64,000 bases of DNA from NCBI GenBank assembly GCA_944392815.1, contig CALXXY010000004.1:23064-87063 (forward strand). Direction: 5' to 3'. The DNA comes from an uncultured Alphaproteobacteria bacterium (GTDB lineage: Bacteria > Pseudomonadota > Alphaproteobacteria > Rs-D84). The stretch's first letter is position 1. Each line of letters opens with the position of its first letter. The position numbers and the translations under genes were made by a program. This document shows, one piece after another, positions 26,760-36,746 of this stretch. A model generated the notes under the pieces. That model was given only the letters and a program-made list of their open reading frames with translations. It was not told the DNA's origin and searched no databases.

Positions 26760-29700
26760 ATGGCAAATTTAATTGTTGATGGAAACTGGGCCGCGGCCGA
26801 TGTCGCGTACAGATGTGTTGATTTTGCGGCTATTTATCCAATTACCCCCAGCAGTACTATGGGTGAATTGGCGGACGAATGGTCGTTCCAGCATAAAAAA
26901 AATATTTGGGGCGCAATCCCGCAAATAATCGAAATGCAGTCCGAGGGCGGTGCCGCTGGGGCTATGCACGGTGCGTTGCAAATGGGGTCGTTGGCGACAA
27001 CGTTTACTGCGTCCCAGGGATTGTTGCTGATGATTCCGAATATGTACAAAATCGCGGGTGAACAAACGCCGTTTGTTATGCATGTGGCGGCACGTGCGTT
27101 GGCGACGCATGCGTTGTCTATATTCGGCGACCACAGCGATGTTATGTCTGTGCGTTCAACTGGGTTCGCAATGTTGTCCAGTCACAATGTGCAACAGGCG
27201 CATGATATGGCGGCGATTTCGCATGCGGCCACATTGCGCGCGCGCGTACCGTTTTTGCATTTCTTTGACGGGTTCCGCACCAGTCACGAAGAATCGCGTT
27301 TGCTGCGAATTGACGACGATGTGTTGCGTGAAATGATTCCTGACGATTTGGTGTTGGCCAATCGGGCGCGCGGTATGTCGCCGGATCACCCGACTGTACG
27401 CGGAACCGCCCAGAATCCTGATGTGTTTTTCCAGGGACGCGAGGCCGCCAATCCGCTGTATATGAATACGCCAGGCGTTGTCCAGGAATGTATGGATAAA
27501 TTCGCAAAATTAACTGGACGGCAATATCATTTGGTGGATTATGTTGGTGATCCGAACGCTGAAAATGTTATCGTCGCAATGGGCAGTGCGTGCGAAACAA
27601 TCGAAGAAACACTGGCGCATTTGCCCGCGGGATTGGGATTGGTCAAAGTTCATTTGTTCCGCCCGTTCCCAACGGACGCATTTATGGCAGCGTTGCCTAA
27701 AACTGTGAAACGGATTGCGGTTCTGGACAGATGTAAAGAGCCCGGCAGTTTGGGTGAACCTTTGTACCAGGACGTTAAAACTGTTGTTGGTGACAGGGCT
27801 GCTGTGTTCGGTGGGCGATATGGGTTGGGTTCCAAAGAATTCAAACCACGCGATGTCAAGGCCGTGTATGAAAATCTGATGCGTGACACGTTGCACCATA
27901 ATTTTACCGTCGGTATCGAAGATGATTTGACGGGGCTGTCGCTGAAAACGGATCCCGCGTTCGCGGTCCAGGACCCAAATTTCAAAACTGCGATTTTGTA
28001 TGGTATTGGATCCGATGGTACGGTGGGGGCTGTAAAAAATATCGTAAAGATTGTCGGGGAAAATTCTGATTTGTATCCGCAATCGTATGCCGTTTATGAT
28101 TCAAAAAAATCAGGTGGGCTGACTGCGTCGCATATTCGTTTTTCTGATAAACCGATTAAAAGCCAATATTTAATAGAGGTTGCAGATTTTATCAGCGTTT
28201 CTAATTTCATGATTGCACAGCGTTTCGATGTGTTTCGTGGATTGCGCGCTGGTGGTACTGTGATGATTAACACTTCGATGGCGCCAGATGTGGCGTTTGC
28301 AAATCTGCCGCGTGATGCCCAGGAACATTTAATTCGTATGCATGCACGTGTGTTTTTCCTGAACGCAAATGCGGCCGCGGCGGAATTGGGACTGGGGAAC
28401 CGTATTAACACGTTTATCATGCTGAATTTCTTTAACCTGACGCATGTGATTGATCCGGCCACCGCCGCCAAAAGTGCCAAGGTCGCAATCGAAAAAACAT
28501 ATAAAAAGAAAGGTATGGATATCGTTCAGGCAAACTGGGCCGCAGTGGACAAGGCGGCCGAGTATCTGCACGAGTACACGTTGCCGTCATCTGTGTCTAA
28601 TTTTGCACCCGATTTTGTACCGGCAATGACCAGTGCAGCCCCAGTTGAAATCGCCGGAACGTTGGGTGAAATGGCCGCGCAACGTGGTGATGCGTTGCCT
28701 GTGTCGCGATTCCGTGTTGATGGTGAATTTGGGGCAGGGCAATATCCTGTGGGAACCGCAAAATATGAAAAGCGTGCAATTTCTGAACGTGTTGCGTCGG
28801 TGGATTTGTCAAAATGTATCCAGTGTGGAAAATGTTCGACACTGTGTCCGCATGCCGCAATTCGTATCAAGGCAATGACCCCAGACCAGGCCGAGGCCGC
28901 CCGTCGCGATGGTGTGATAGTGGTGCCAATGAAAACGCCTGAATTGGGGGCAGACATGTATTTCACGCTGAACATTTCGCCGGCGGATTGCACTGGGTGC
29001 AATGTTTGTGTGAAAAATTGCCCGGTCCAGGCATTGTCCATGATTGCAATGCAGGACGCCGGCGACCAACAAAAGCGTTTTGACGCGGCGCAAAACATTC
29101 CGGATATTCCACGTGAAAAATTAAATTTGAATATACCAAAGCATGTTGAACTGTTGCCGCATTATTTTGAATTCCCTGGGGCGTGCGCAGGGTGTGGGGA
29201 AACGCCGTATATTAAAATGATGTCGCACCTGTTTGGGGATCGTATGGTGGTGGCGAATGCAACGGGTTGTTCGTCAATATATGGGGCGAATTTGCCAACA
29301 ACACCATGGACAACGGACGCAAATGGACGCGGGCCTGCGTGGTCAAATTCGCTGTTCGAAGATAACGCCGAATATGGCCTGGGGATGCGAATCGCATTGA
29401 ATCAAAAACGTGATACTTTGCGGGGATTGTTGTTTGAATTAAACATTCCAAATGTCGAAGAAATGTTCGCAGAACGCGACCCTGACAAGCAGCGCGAAAT
29501 AGAATCAAAATTGCGCGCCCAATTGGAAAAAATGGATTCGCCACGTGCGGCCATGGCACGCAGTTTGGTTGGCGAAATCGTTGATAAATCTGTTTGGATT
29601 GTCGGCGGTGATGGTTGGGCATATGATATTGGATATGGCGGTTTGGACCACATTCTGCACAGTGGGGAAAATGTGAATATTCTGGTTTTGGATACCGAAG

Positions 29701-30266
29701 GGTATTCCAACACTGGTGGTCAACAATCCAAAGCGACCCCATTTGGCGCCAGTATGAAATTCGCCATCGGCGGCAAAGAACACGCCAAAAAAGATTTGGG
29801 TATGATTGCCATGATGTCTGGGGCGTATGTGGCGCAAATCGCGCTGGGCGCGAACCAGGCACAGGCCATTCGTGCCTTTCGCGAGGCCGCTGCATTCCCG
29901 GGACCGTCAATAATTCTGGCGTATGCGCCGTGTATCGCACACGGATTTCCGCTGCAAAACGGGGTGGAACATCAAATGCAATTGGTGTCCACTGGGGCGT
30001 GGCCGTTGTATCGGTTTGATCCGTCGTTAATTTTGGACGGGCACAGTCCGTTAACTATGGATTCCAATGCCGATGAAGTGACCCCGTTGGAAGATTTCTT
30101 GAAGACGGAAAGCCGATTTGGTGCGGCGCGTGCGGCAAATCCGCATTTTGACCGCCTGGTGGCCGAGGCCAAGGAAAACAATCATTATCGCAGTGAATTG
30201 AAAAAATATATTGCGCATTTCGCGATGATGAATTCGCCCGAGGTCAAAGAAAACGGCGAGGGATAA
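26760..30266 (+). CDS. nifJ: Pyruvate:ferredoxin (flavodoxin) oxidoreductase, homodimeric type
   Basis: YPITPS, MQSEGGAAG, two ferredoxin CxxCxxCxxxCP motifs, GACAGCGE, GGDGWAYDIG; promoter TTGCCT-N17-TATGAT at 26694-26722. Confidence 0.98.
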   Translation: MANLIVDGNWAAADVAYRCVDFAAIYPITPSSTMGELADEWSFQHKKNIWGAIPQIIEMQSEGGAAGAMHGALQMGSLATTFTASQGLLLMIPNMYKIAGEQTPFVMHVAARALATHALSIFGDHSDVMSVRSTGFAMLSSHNVQQAHDMAAISHAATLRARVPFLHFFDGFRTSHEESRLLRIDDDVLREMIPDDLVLANRARGMSPDHPTVRGTAQNPDVFFQGREAANPLYMNTPGVVQECMDKFAKLTGRQYHLVDYVGDPNAENVIVAMGSACETIEETLAHLPAGLGLVKVHLFRPFPTDAFMAALPKTVKRIAVLDRCKEPGSLGEPLYQDVKTVVGDRAAVFGGRYGLGSKEFKPRDVKAVYENLMRDTLHHNFTVGIEDDLTGLSLKTDPAFAVQDPNFKTAILYGIGSDGTVGAVKNIVKIVGENSDLYPQSYAVYDSKKSGGLTASHIRFSDKPIKSQYLIEVADFISVSNFMIAQRFDVFRGLRAGGTVMINTSMAPDVAFANLPRDAQEHLIRMHARVFFLNANAAAAELGLGNRINTFIMLNFFNLTHVIDPATAAKSAKVAIEKTYKKKGMDIVQANWAAVDKAAEYLHEYTLPSSVSNFAPDFVPAMTSAAPVEIAGTLGEMAAQRGDALPVSRFRVDGEFGAGQYPVGTAKYEKRAISERVASVDLSKCIQCGKCSTLCPHAAIRIKAMTPDQAEAARRDGVIVVPMKTPELGADMYFTLNISPADCTGCNVCVKNCPVQALSMIAMQDAGDQQKRFDAAQNIPDIPREKLNLNIPKHVELLPHYFEFPGACAGCGETPYIKMMSHLFGDRMVVANATGCSSIYGANLPTTPWTTDANGRGPAWSNSLFEDNAEYGLGMRIALNQKRDTLRGLLFELNIPNVEEMFAERDPDKQREIESKLRAQLEKMDSPRAAMARSLVGEIVDKSVWIVGGDGWAYDIGYGGLDHILHSGENVNILVLDTEGYSNTGGQQSKATPFGASMKFAIGGKEHAKKDLGMIAMMSGAYVAQIALGANQAQAIRAFREAAAFPGPSIILAYAPCIAHGFPLQNGVEHQMQLVSTGAWPLYRFDPSLILDGHSPLTMDSNADEVTPLEDFLKTESRFGAARAANPHFDRLVAEAKENNHYRSELKKYIAHFAMMNSPEVKENGEG

Positions 30267-30289
30267 AAACGGGGCAATTGCCCCGTTTT
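30266..30289 (+). terminator. Intrinsic terminator
   Basis: AAAACGGGGC-AATT-GCCCCGTTTT. Confidence 0.85.
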
Positions 30290-30353
30290 ATTTGCTGCGT
30301 CTGCGTTCAATTTTTTGTTGCGTGCGGGGCGACGTTTGGTGTACATTTGGGGT

Positions 30354-30785
30354 ATGAAAAAATTATTGTTGATTTTGTCTGTGGTGGTGCTGGGGGCCTG
30401 TACGTTCCAGACCAAACATCGTGGCTATGTGTTCCCGCCAGATTTGGATACTGTGGTGGCGGATATCAAAACGACCCAGCAATTGTTAAATGAAATTGGG
30501 TCGCCCCAGGTGAAAACTGTATATGGCGATACAGTGTGGATTTATTATGGTGCGGACGAAAACTATCGTGGGCCGTTGCCATTAAAATATGATAATCAAA
30601 CGGTTTTGCTGGCGTGGGTTGATGGAACACGCGTGACGGATATTCGGGTGCTGCGTGATGATGATTTGCCTGATGTCATTATTTCCGAAGATGAAACACC
30701 AATCCCGGCCGCGATTGAATTGAATGCCATACAGGAACTGTTTAATAACGTCGGGCGTTTTTCGCCGGCTGGGTTGGGGCAATAA
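30354..30785 (+). CDS. bamE: Outer-membrane assembly lipoprotein BamE/SmpA
   Basis: Lipobox VLGA-C, HRGY, LLNEIGSP, WIYY. Confidence 0.8.
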   Translation: MKKLLLILSVVVLGACTFQTKHRGYVFPPDLDTVVADIKTTQQLLNEIGSPQVKTVYGDTVWIYYGADENYRGPLPLKYDNQTVLLAWVDGTRVTDIRVLRDDDLPDVIISEDETPIPAAIELNAIQELFNNVGRFSPAGLGQ

Positions 30786-30848
30786 TATAAAAAGGTATTT
30801 GCAAATACCCGCCAAAATGTGTAAAATAAAAGCAAAAGAGAATTAGGA

Positions 30849-31397
30849 ATGAAGCGAATTTTATTTTCTGTTTTTATTTTGAATTGCGCGTTGTTTGGCG
30901 GTGTTGCGCATGCAGACGATTTTTCATGTGGGCCGGGGTATATTTTGGTCGAACACAGCGATATTGACGGGATAGATGCCGCTGAATGCCAAAAATTATG
31001 GTGTCGCGATTTGGAAACTGGTGACCCGATGGGTAATGGCGATCGTGCTAATAATGGATATAAAACTACGGCCTATCCGATGGAATTGTGCGATGCCGAT
31101 GGGAACTGTGTGGAATGTTTCGGCGACCGCAAATGGTGCAGTGGCCAGCCCGAGGGATTTTGGAACCCTGAATATGGGGCGTATACGTATGGCGGCGATG
31201 ATAATGCAACGTATCGTTCGTATCGCCGGGGCAGTTGTTTTGCCTGGAATTTGGACGAACCCGAATGTCCAGATGGCCAGACGGCTATATTACAGGATGG
31301 TCAGTGGGTGTGCGCTGTGTCCAGCGGAACCACCACCGGGGGACGCGGGTCCAGTGTGCGCAGAACGTCGGGGACTTTGCGGCGTACTATTCGGTAA
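30849..31397 (+). CDS. Secreted Cys-rich hypothetical protein
   Basis: Signal peptide, about 10 Cys in the mature part, Arg-rich tail. Confidence 0.8.
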   Translation: MKRILFSVFILNCALFGGVAHADDFSCGPGYILVEHSDIDGIDAAECQKLWCRDLETGDPMGNGDRANNGYKTTAYPMELCDADGNCVECFGDRKWCSGQPEGFWNPEYGAYTYGGDDNATYRSYRRGSCFAWNLDEPECPDGQTAILQDGQWVCAVSSGTTTGGRGSSVRRTSGTLRRTIR

Positions 31398-31523
31398 TTT
31401 GAATTTGTTCCGCCCTGATTTTGGGGCGGATTTATTTTTTCGGTCAATTATTTGTTTTTCACGTTTTTTGTGCTATAATATACGGGACAGAGAGAATGGC
31501 AACTGTTAAAAGGTATCCAGATT

Positions 31524-32093
31524 ATGCCAAGTAAGAAGTTAGATTTTAAAACAGGCCAGTATGTTGTGTATCCAACCCAGGGCGTTGGAAAGTTAGTGCG
31601 GGTAGAGGAACAAACCGTAGCCGGACAAAAAATAAAAATGCTGGTGATTGATTTTGAACGCAATCATATGACGTTGCGCGTGCCGGTTGAACGTGCGGAA
31701 ATTTCAGGGCTGCGGCCGTTGACGTCGGTCAAAAAAATGGACGAGGCCATCGCGTCCGCCCGGGGCAAGGCCGGTGCCAAACGTATGATTTGGGCACGTC
31801 GTGCCGCCCAGTACGAGGAAAATATTAATTCCGGCGACCCCATGAAATTGGCCGAGGTTGTGCGTGACCTGCAGCGGCGCAATCCGACGGACACTATGAC
31901 GTTTTCTGCGCGGCAATTGTATTTGCGTGCGTTGGAACGTATGGCCCAGGAATTTGCTGTGCTGCACAAATTGGATTTGGACGCTGCGTCTGAAAAGATA
32001 GAAGATATTTTGGGTGTGCCAAAGGAAATTGATTTGAACGCCGTCGACAATGATGATGACGATGACGACGAAGAACCAGATGACGAGGAATAA
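31524..32093 (+). CDS. carD: CarD/CdnL family transcription factor
   Basis: VVYPTQGVG, LRVP, INSGD...AEVVRDL, acidic tail. Confidence 0.92.
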   Translation: MPSKKLDFKTGQYVVYPTQGVGKLVRVEEQTVAGQKIKMLVIDFERNHMTLRVPVERAEISGLRPLTSVKKMDEAIASARGKAGAKRMIWARRAAQYEENINSGDPMKLAEVVRDLQRRNPTDTMTFSARQLYLRALERMAQEFAVLHKLDLDAASEKIEDILGVPKEIDLNAVDNDDDDDDEEPDDEE

Positions 32094-32118
32094 AGCCGGG
32101 GCATTCGCCCCGGTTTTT
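32092..32118 (+). terminator. Intrinsic terminator
   Basis: AAAGCCGGGGC-ATTC-GCCCCGGTTTTT. Confidence 0.85.
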
Positions 32119-32120
32119 AT

Positions 32121-32245
32121 TAGAGTGCAGAGTTTAGAGTGTAGAGTGTAGATGTTGTCCGCGCGTGCGCGGGGGACCACCCCGTCGACTACGTCGACAC
32201 CCCTCCGCAGAGGGGAACTTTTGCCCGCGACGATATGCAGCCGGT
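32121..32245. repeat. REP-like element family C, copy 1, with (T/C)AGAGT(G/T) heptamers
   Basis: ACCACCCCG-hairpin-CACCCCTCCGCAGAGGGGAACTTT core at 32176-32221; flanks match 43796-43910. Confidence 0.85.
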
Positions 32246-32293
32246 GCCCGCCGCAGAGAGGGGCTTTGCCATGTGGTTGGTTTTGCGGGGGAA

Positions 32294-33022
32294 TTACATT
32301 ACGAAATCTTCGCCCAGGTATACTTTTTTAACCATTTCGTCCTGGACGATTTCGGCGGTGGTGCCGTGTTTCAAAATTTTCCCATCGTGCAGAACATAAC
32401 TGCGGTCGGTAATACCCAGCGTTTCGCGAACGTTGTGGTCGGTGATAATTACGCCCAGACCGCGATTTTTTAACTGCGACACCAAATCACGAATTTCATT
32501 TACTGCAATTGGGTCGATGCCCGCAAATGGTTCGTCCAGCAATATAAATTTTGGGTCGTTGGCCAATGCGCGTGCGATTTCCACGCGACGACGTTCGCCG
32601 CCGGACAGGGCGGTCGCAGGGCTGCGACGCAGTGATGTGATTGAAAATTCGTCCAGTAATGCGTCCAATTTTTTTTGGCGTTTTTTGCGGCTGGGCTCGA
32701 CAACCTCTAGGATAGCCATGATGTTTTGTTCCACGGTCAGACCACGAAATACACTGTTTTCCTGGGGCAGATAGCCGATGTGCAGGCGGGCGCGCTGATA
32801 AAACGGCAGGTGTGTTATGTCCTGGGAATTTAAAAATATTTGCCCGCGCGTTGCACTTAATTGTCCGGTTATGCAATAAAATGCGGTTGTTTTGCCCGCG
32901 CCGTTTGGACCCAACAGGCCGACCGATTCGCCCTGGCGTGCGTACATCGATATGTCACGAATAACCACACGTTTGCCGTATGATTTGGACAGGTGTTCTA
33001 TGCGTAATACAGATTGTTTCAT
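32294..33022 (-). CDS. lptB: LPS export ABC transporter ATPase
   Basis: GPNGAGKT, LSGGERRRVEIARAL, LDEPFAGIDP. Confidence 0.98.
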   Translation of the reverse strand: MKQSVLRIEHLSKSYGKRVVIRDISMYARQGESVGLLGPNGAGKTTAFYCITGQLSATRGQIFLNSQDITHLPFYQRARLHIGYLPQENSVFRGLTVEQNIMAILEVVEPSRKKRQKKLDALLDEFSITSLRRSPATALSGGERRRVEIARALANDPKFILLDEPFAGIDPIAVNEIRDLVSQLKNRGLGVIITDHNVRETLGITDRSYVLHDGKILKHGTTAEIVQDEMVKKVYLGEDFVM

Positions 33023-33498
33023 AATTTTATCACCAATTCATCTGTTCTGACTTTGTCGCCGTTGCTGGAATCTATGCGCACATTATCCAGCAATGTTATC
33101 GTTTTGTTTTTTCGATGGTATTGTCCAGTATTTGCGGTTATATGGTCAACTATTTTTTTACCGCCTGATACGCGGGTGATAGTGCCCGATACCGTGTCTA
33201 ATAATATAACGTCCGGTTTGTCGTATTCCTGGCGACCGCTGAGTGCGTTTATTTGAAACGGTTCGCCGTTTTTGTCTGTGCCGGAAAAAGACGTGTTTGA
33301 CATTTTAAACTGGTTCGTGACAATGTCTGTCATGTTTATTGCGGATATCGGCGTCCACAGCAATTGGCGCGTGAACAGCGATCCAGCGATTAATGCCGCA
33401 ACCATAACCAGGCCCCAGCCGGTAAAGAAAAACTGCCACAGACGTTTCAGACGTCTGTGTTTGAAAAATATTATAAAACTGCGTTTGTCGCCTTGCAC
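33019..33498 (-). CDS. lptC: LPS export periplasmic protein LptC
   Basis: Single TM then beta-jellyroll; ATGA overlap with lptB; start reassigned to GTG (MQGDKR) 6 nt after a -10 box. Confidence 0.75.
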   Translation of the reverse strand: MQGDKRSFIIFFKHRRLKRLWQFFFTGWGLVMVAALIAGSLFTRQLLWTPISAINMTDIVTNQFKMSNTSFSGTDKNGEPFQINALSGRQEYDKPDVILLDTVSGTITRVSGGKKIVDHITANTGQYHRKNKTITLLDNVRIDSSNGDKVRTDELVIKL

Positions 33499-33584
33499 GC
33501 CAACAGTGTAGCGCGACCGGAATAAAAAAGCAATTTTTATATTTATTCTGATGTTTTTTTGTGTTATAATGAATCCCAAGAGAG

Positions 33585-34400
33585 ATGAAAAAGTTTTTTC
33601 TGATTTTTGCCGGGGTGTTTGCGTGCATGGCGGGGACGTCGGCCGATGCAATTACTATTAACAAGGCCGCGCCTGTTGCTGCGGCGGAAACAACCACGTC
33701 GACATCTGCGGCCAGTTTGCTGCCGACTGTGTTGGGGATTATCAGTGGCGTTCAGCAATTGAGTGCGCAACAAAAGGAATTGACCGCCGAATGTATACCG
33801 ACAACCCAGGAAATAAATTTCGTTGACCGCATGACCAAGGAATGGGCAAAAACTGGTGCAATGACCGCGGACGAGGTTCGTAAACGCCTGGGGCGGCAAC
33901 GTTGCAGTGTGGCAAATGGCGGATATCGCAGTTCTGTCCAGGTTGCGGCCGGTACTGATATGGACGATTTGATTTGTTATGACTATTTTGCCGGCGATGG
34001 TAATGCCGGTATGGTGTGGGAAAATTTCCCAAAGGTTGGCCTGGCCACGTATTGTTCTGATGGCAGTTTGAGTTGTTCTGATAAAGATCGGGTGACGGTG
34101 TCTGATATCTATGACATATTTAATTTAATCGATTTTACCGAAAAAGATTACTATGGTTCGGACGAATTGACCATGGCCGCCAATTTGACTGCGAAAATCG
34201 AAAAGTGTTCTTATTCCAGATTAAGTGCGAAAAAAAGACAAATGTGGGGCGAATTCCTGACTGGTACCATCAGTTCATTGGGTGAACCAACAAATACCGG
34301 CAGTATTATGGACGCGGTCAGCAGTATCACCAACAGTGGCGGTTTTGGGTCGTCTGTGGGGTCGATTGGTTCGTTGGCTGCACAGTTTTTGGGAAATTAA
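33585..34400 (+). CDS. Secreted hypothetical protein
   Basis: Signal peptide, several Cys, Gly/Ser-rich C-terminal helices; followed by terminator AAAAATCGCCC-GTT-GGGCGATTTTT. Confidence 0.8.
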   Translation: MKKFFLIFAGVFACMAGTSADAITINKAAPVAAAETTTSTSAASLLPTVLGIISGVQQLSAQQKELTAECIPTTQEINFVDRMTKEWAKTGAMTADEVRKRLGRQRCSVANGGYRSSVQVAAGTDMDDLICYDYFAGDGNAGMVWENFPKVGLATYCSDGSLSCSDKDRVTVSDIYDIFNLIDFTEKDYYGSDELTMAANLTAKIEKCSYSRLSAKKRQMWGEFLTGTISSLGEPTNTGSIMDAVSSITNSGGFGSSVGSIGSLAAQFLGN

Positions 34401-34575
34401 AAAATCGCCCGTTGGGCGATTTTTATTGCGGCAACATGTTCGCGCATTGTGTTGAATGCTGCCGTGTGTATGCGTATGATTGAATAATAAGTTTTTTGTA
34501 TTTTGCGCGTTCTTTTTCGCTTTACTCGGGGGGCAAAAAATCGTATAATAACAGGGATTAAGAAAGGAAGAATCC

Positions 34576-36132
34576 ATGAAAAACAAATCTGTGACATCTG
34601 TGTTTGTTATATCACGCGTGCTGGCGATTACGTCTGTGGTCGCGTTGGCGGCGTGTGCCGGCGGAAACAGCAATGACGAATATGCGCCGGTTGCAACCCC
34701 GACTGTGGATTATGTGGAAAGTTTGGACGTGTATTCCGCCCCGCACCAGGATTCTTTTTTAAATCAATTGGCGATGAACTATCGTTCCTATGCCATTTAT
34801 AATGCGCGCACCAGTGGTTATCCCGATATGGGTGAATATTTCGCGCAAAAGGCCGTGGCCGCGTTCAGTGGCGAATTACCATTTCCAGAGGTGTTGGACA
34901 ATTGGCCGGTAGAGGGCGAACAGGAATCTTTCGAGTTATATACCGCATATAATGATTTGCTGGATCAATTGAAAAATGACGCCAGTATGACCCAGCCACA
35001 ATTAGCGGCCGAGGCCCAGGCAAAATACGATTGTTGGTTGTCCGCCGCGGCCAGTGGCCAGACGGGAACTGCAAATGAATGTCGCGACAGATTTTATAAA
35101 ACCTTGACCGCTTTGCGTGATTGCGAGGGTGGCCGTGTTATCAGCAATGTGACAGAAACGGTGACTGAAACATCGCAAACGACCGTCACGACGAATGGCG
35201 ATGTTATGGTGGCGGTGGAACGTGGAACAAAACCCGCCGCACAGAATTATTATCCTGAAACCCGCAATCTGTCGGCGATGAACAGCGCCAGCAAACCGCG
35301 CGAGGGGGTAATTATAGTCAATAATGTTAATGTGCCGGAACATTTGATTAATCCTGTGCCGGTGCAGCCGATGGTGTTTAATCAAAATATTTACGGTGGT
35401 GACAAAACTATCAGCGACAGCAATAATGTCAATGACAGCAGTGTTCGTGAATGCGTGAACGAGGGCGATGTGAATTGTGTCCCGCCACAGCAGCCGGCCA
35501 CCCCGACCGTGACCGAGGATATCCCCCAGATTAGTGATGAACTGGTCACGCGCGAGGAATTTATTAACATGATGATGGCCATGCGTGCCGAATTGGCGGC
35601 GATAAATGCCCGTTTGGACAAATTGCAGGCGAATGCCGGTGAAAAAACTTTTATCAAAGTGCAGCAAATCCCGCTGGAACCCAAACAGCACGTGATGGAG
35701 GAAGTGTTTGAAATCCGCTTTGATTTTGACAAGGCGACAATTAAACCTGAATACGAGGCGTTAATCCAGCAGTTGGCCAGTGCGACCCAGGAAAATAAAA
35801 ATATCAAAGTGTCTGTGATTGGGCATACTGATACAATGGGCAGCACGGATTATAACTATGCGTTGGGTGGGCGCCGTGCCGAAGCCGTACAGAAAATGTT
35901 GATTAAATACGGTATTCCGGCCAGCCAGATTGTCGCTGTTTCCGCAGGCGAGGAAGATTTAGCCGTCCAGACCGGTGACGGGGTGGCGAATGCCGCAAAC
36001 CGCCGTGTCCAGGTTATCAAAGAAGTGCACTATACAGAACAGCCGGGTAGCCAGGTGCCAATCACCGTGGTCGAAGAATATGTGACGCCCGATGAATCCG
36101 GTGTTTGCGGTATGTATGGGTGTGCAGAATAA
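34576..36132 (+). CDS. OmpA-family lipoprotein
   Basis: Lipobox LAA-C; C-terminal FDFDKA, GHTD, N..LGGRRA..V, NRRV. Confidence 0.92.
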   Translation: MKNKSVTSVFVISRVLAITSVVALAACAGGNSNDEYAPVATPTVDYVESLDVYSAPHQDSFLNQLAMNYRSYAIYNARTSGYPDMGEYFAQKAVAAFSGELPFPEVLDNWPVEGEQESFELYTAYNDLLDQLKNDASMTQPQLAAEAQAKYDCWLSAAASGQTGTANECRDRFYKTLTALRDCEGGRVISNVTETVTETSQTTVTTNGDVMVAVERGTKPAAQNYYPETRNLSAMNSASKPREGVIIVNNVNVPEHLINPVPVQPMVFNQNIYGGDKTISDSNNVNDSSVRECVNEGDVNCVPPQQPATPTVTEDIPQISDELVTREEFINMMMAMRAELAAINARLDKLQANAGEKTFIKVQQIPLEPKQHVMEEVFEIRFDFDKATIKPEYEALIQQLASATQENKNIKVSVIGHTDTMGSTDYNYALGGRRAEAVQKMLIKYGIPASQIVAVSAGEEDLAVQTGDGVANAANRRVQVIKEVHYTEQPGSQVPITVVEEYVTPDESGVCGMYGCAE

Positions 36133-36159
36133 TTTTTCTGGTGGGACAGGTAAAAATAC

Positions 36160-36188
36160 TTGACAAAAAATAACTATTAGTATATATT
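36160..36188 (+). promoter_or_regulatory. Sigma70 promoter of small ORF
   Basis: TTGACA-N17-TATATT. Confidence 0.75.
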
Positions 36189-36224
36189 TGTTCCGTCAGA
36201 GAGATGTTGCAAGAGGCATTGAAT

Positions 36225-36380
36225 ATGACGAATACGATTGAAAATTTAAAGCAGGGTACCGCAGCTATCAAGGCGCAGCAGCGTGGCGCCGGGTATAAAA
36301 AGGGCGTTGCGGCTGTGAATTTGGCGGCGGCGTTTGGTGCGCGCGGGATTAATATTCACGACGGCCAAAACCAACAGTAA
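36225..36380 (+). CDS. Small 51-aa protein (below ORF-track cutoff)
   Basis: MTNTIENLKQGTAAIKAQQRGAGYKKGVAAVNLAAAFGARGINIHDGQNQQ*; AAGAGG RBS; own promoter and terminator. Confidence 0.7.
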   Translation: MTNTIENLKQGTAAIKAQQRGAGYKKGVAAVNLAAAFGARGINIHDGQNQQ

Positions 36381-36404
36381 TTATGTGATATGAAATTTCT
36401 ATTT

Positions 36405-36441
36405 AAATCACAGGGGGCAAATGCCCCCTGTGATTTTTTTT
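36405..36441 (+). terminator. Intrinsic terminator
   Basis: AAATCACAGGGGGC-AAAT-GCCCCCTGTGATTTTTTTT. Confidence 0.9.
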
Positions 36442-36445
36442 GTGG

Positions 36446-36670
36446 GCGCGTGCGCGCGGGATAATATATTCCCACCCCCCGTCGCGCTTTGCGCGACATC
36501 CCCCGCCCACAGAACCACCCACGCAAACTATGTTTGCGCGGGGCCCGGTGGTGGCGGTGGGCATTCTGGTGTGGTACCGTTCGGGAACATTGTTTTCTAT
36601 TACTGTGACCACCCCGGCACTACGTGCCACCCCTCCGCAGAGGGGAACTTTGGGCCGCGGCGGTATGCGG
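36446..36670. repeat. REP-like element family C, copy 2
   Basis: GCGCGTGCGCGCGGGATA identical to 43821-43838; core ACCACCCCG...CACCCCTCCGCAGAGGGGAACTTT at 36608-36651. Confidence 0.85.
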
Positions 36671-36710
36671 TTGGTCGCCATGGATAAGGGGCTTTGGTCT
36701 GTGGGGGGGT

Positions 36711-36746
36711 AAAATAAAAATCCCCCGAATGGGGGATTTTTATTTT
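36711..36746 (-). terminator. Terminator of eno-imm transcript
   Basis: Perfect 16-bp stem AAAATAAAAATCCCCC-GAAT-GGGGGATTTTTATTTT containing the imm stop. Confidence 0.85.
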
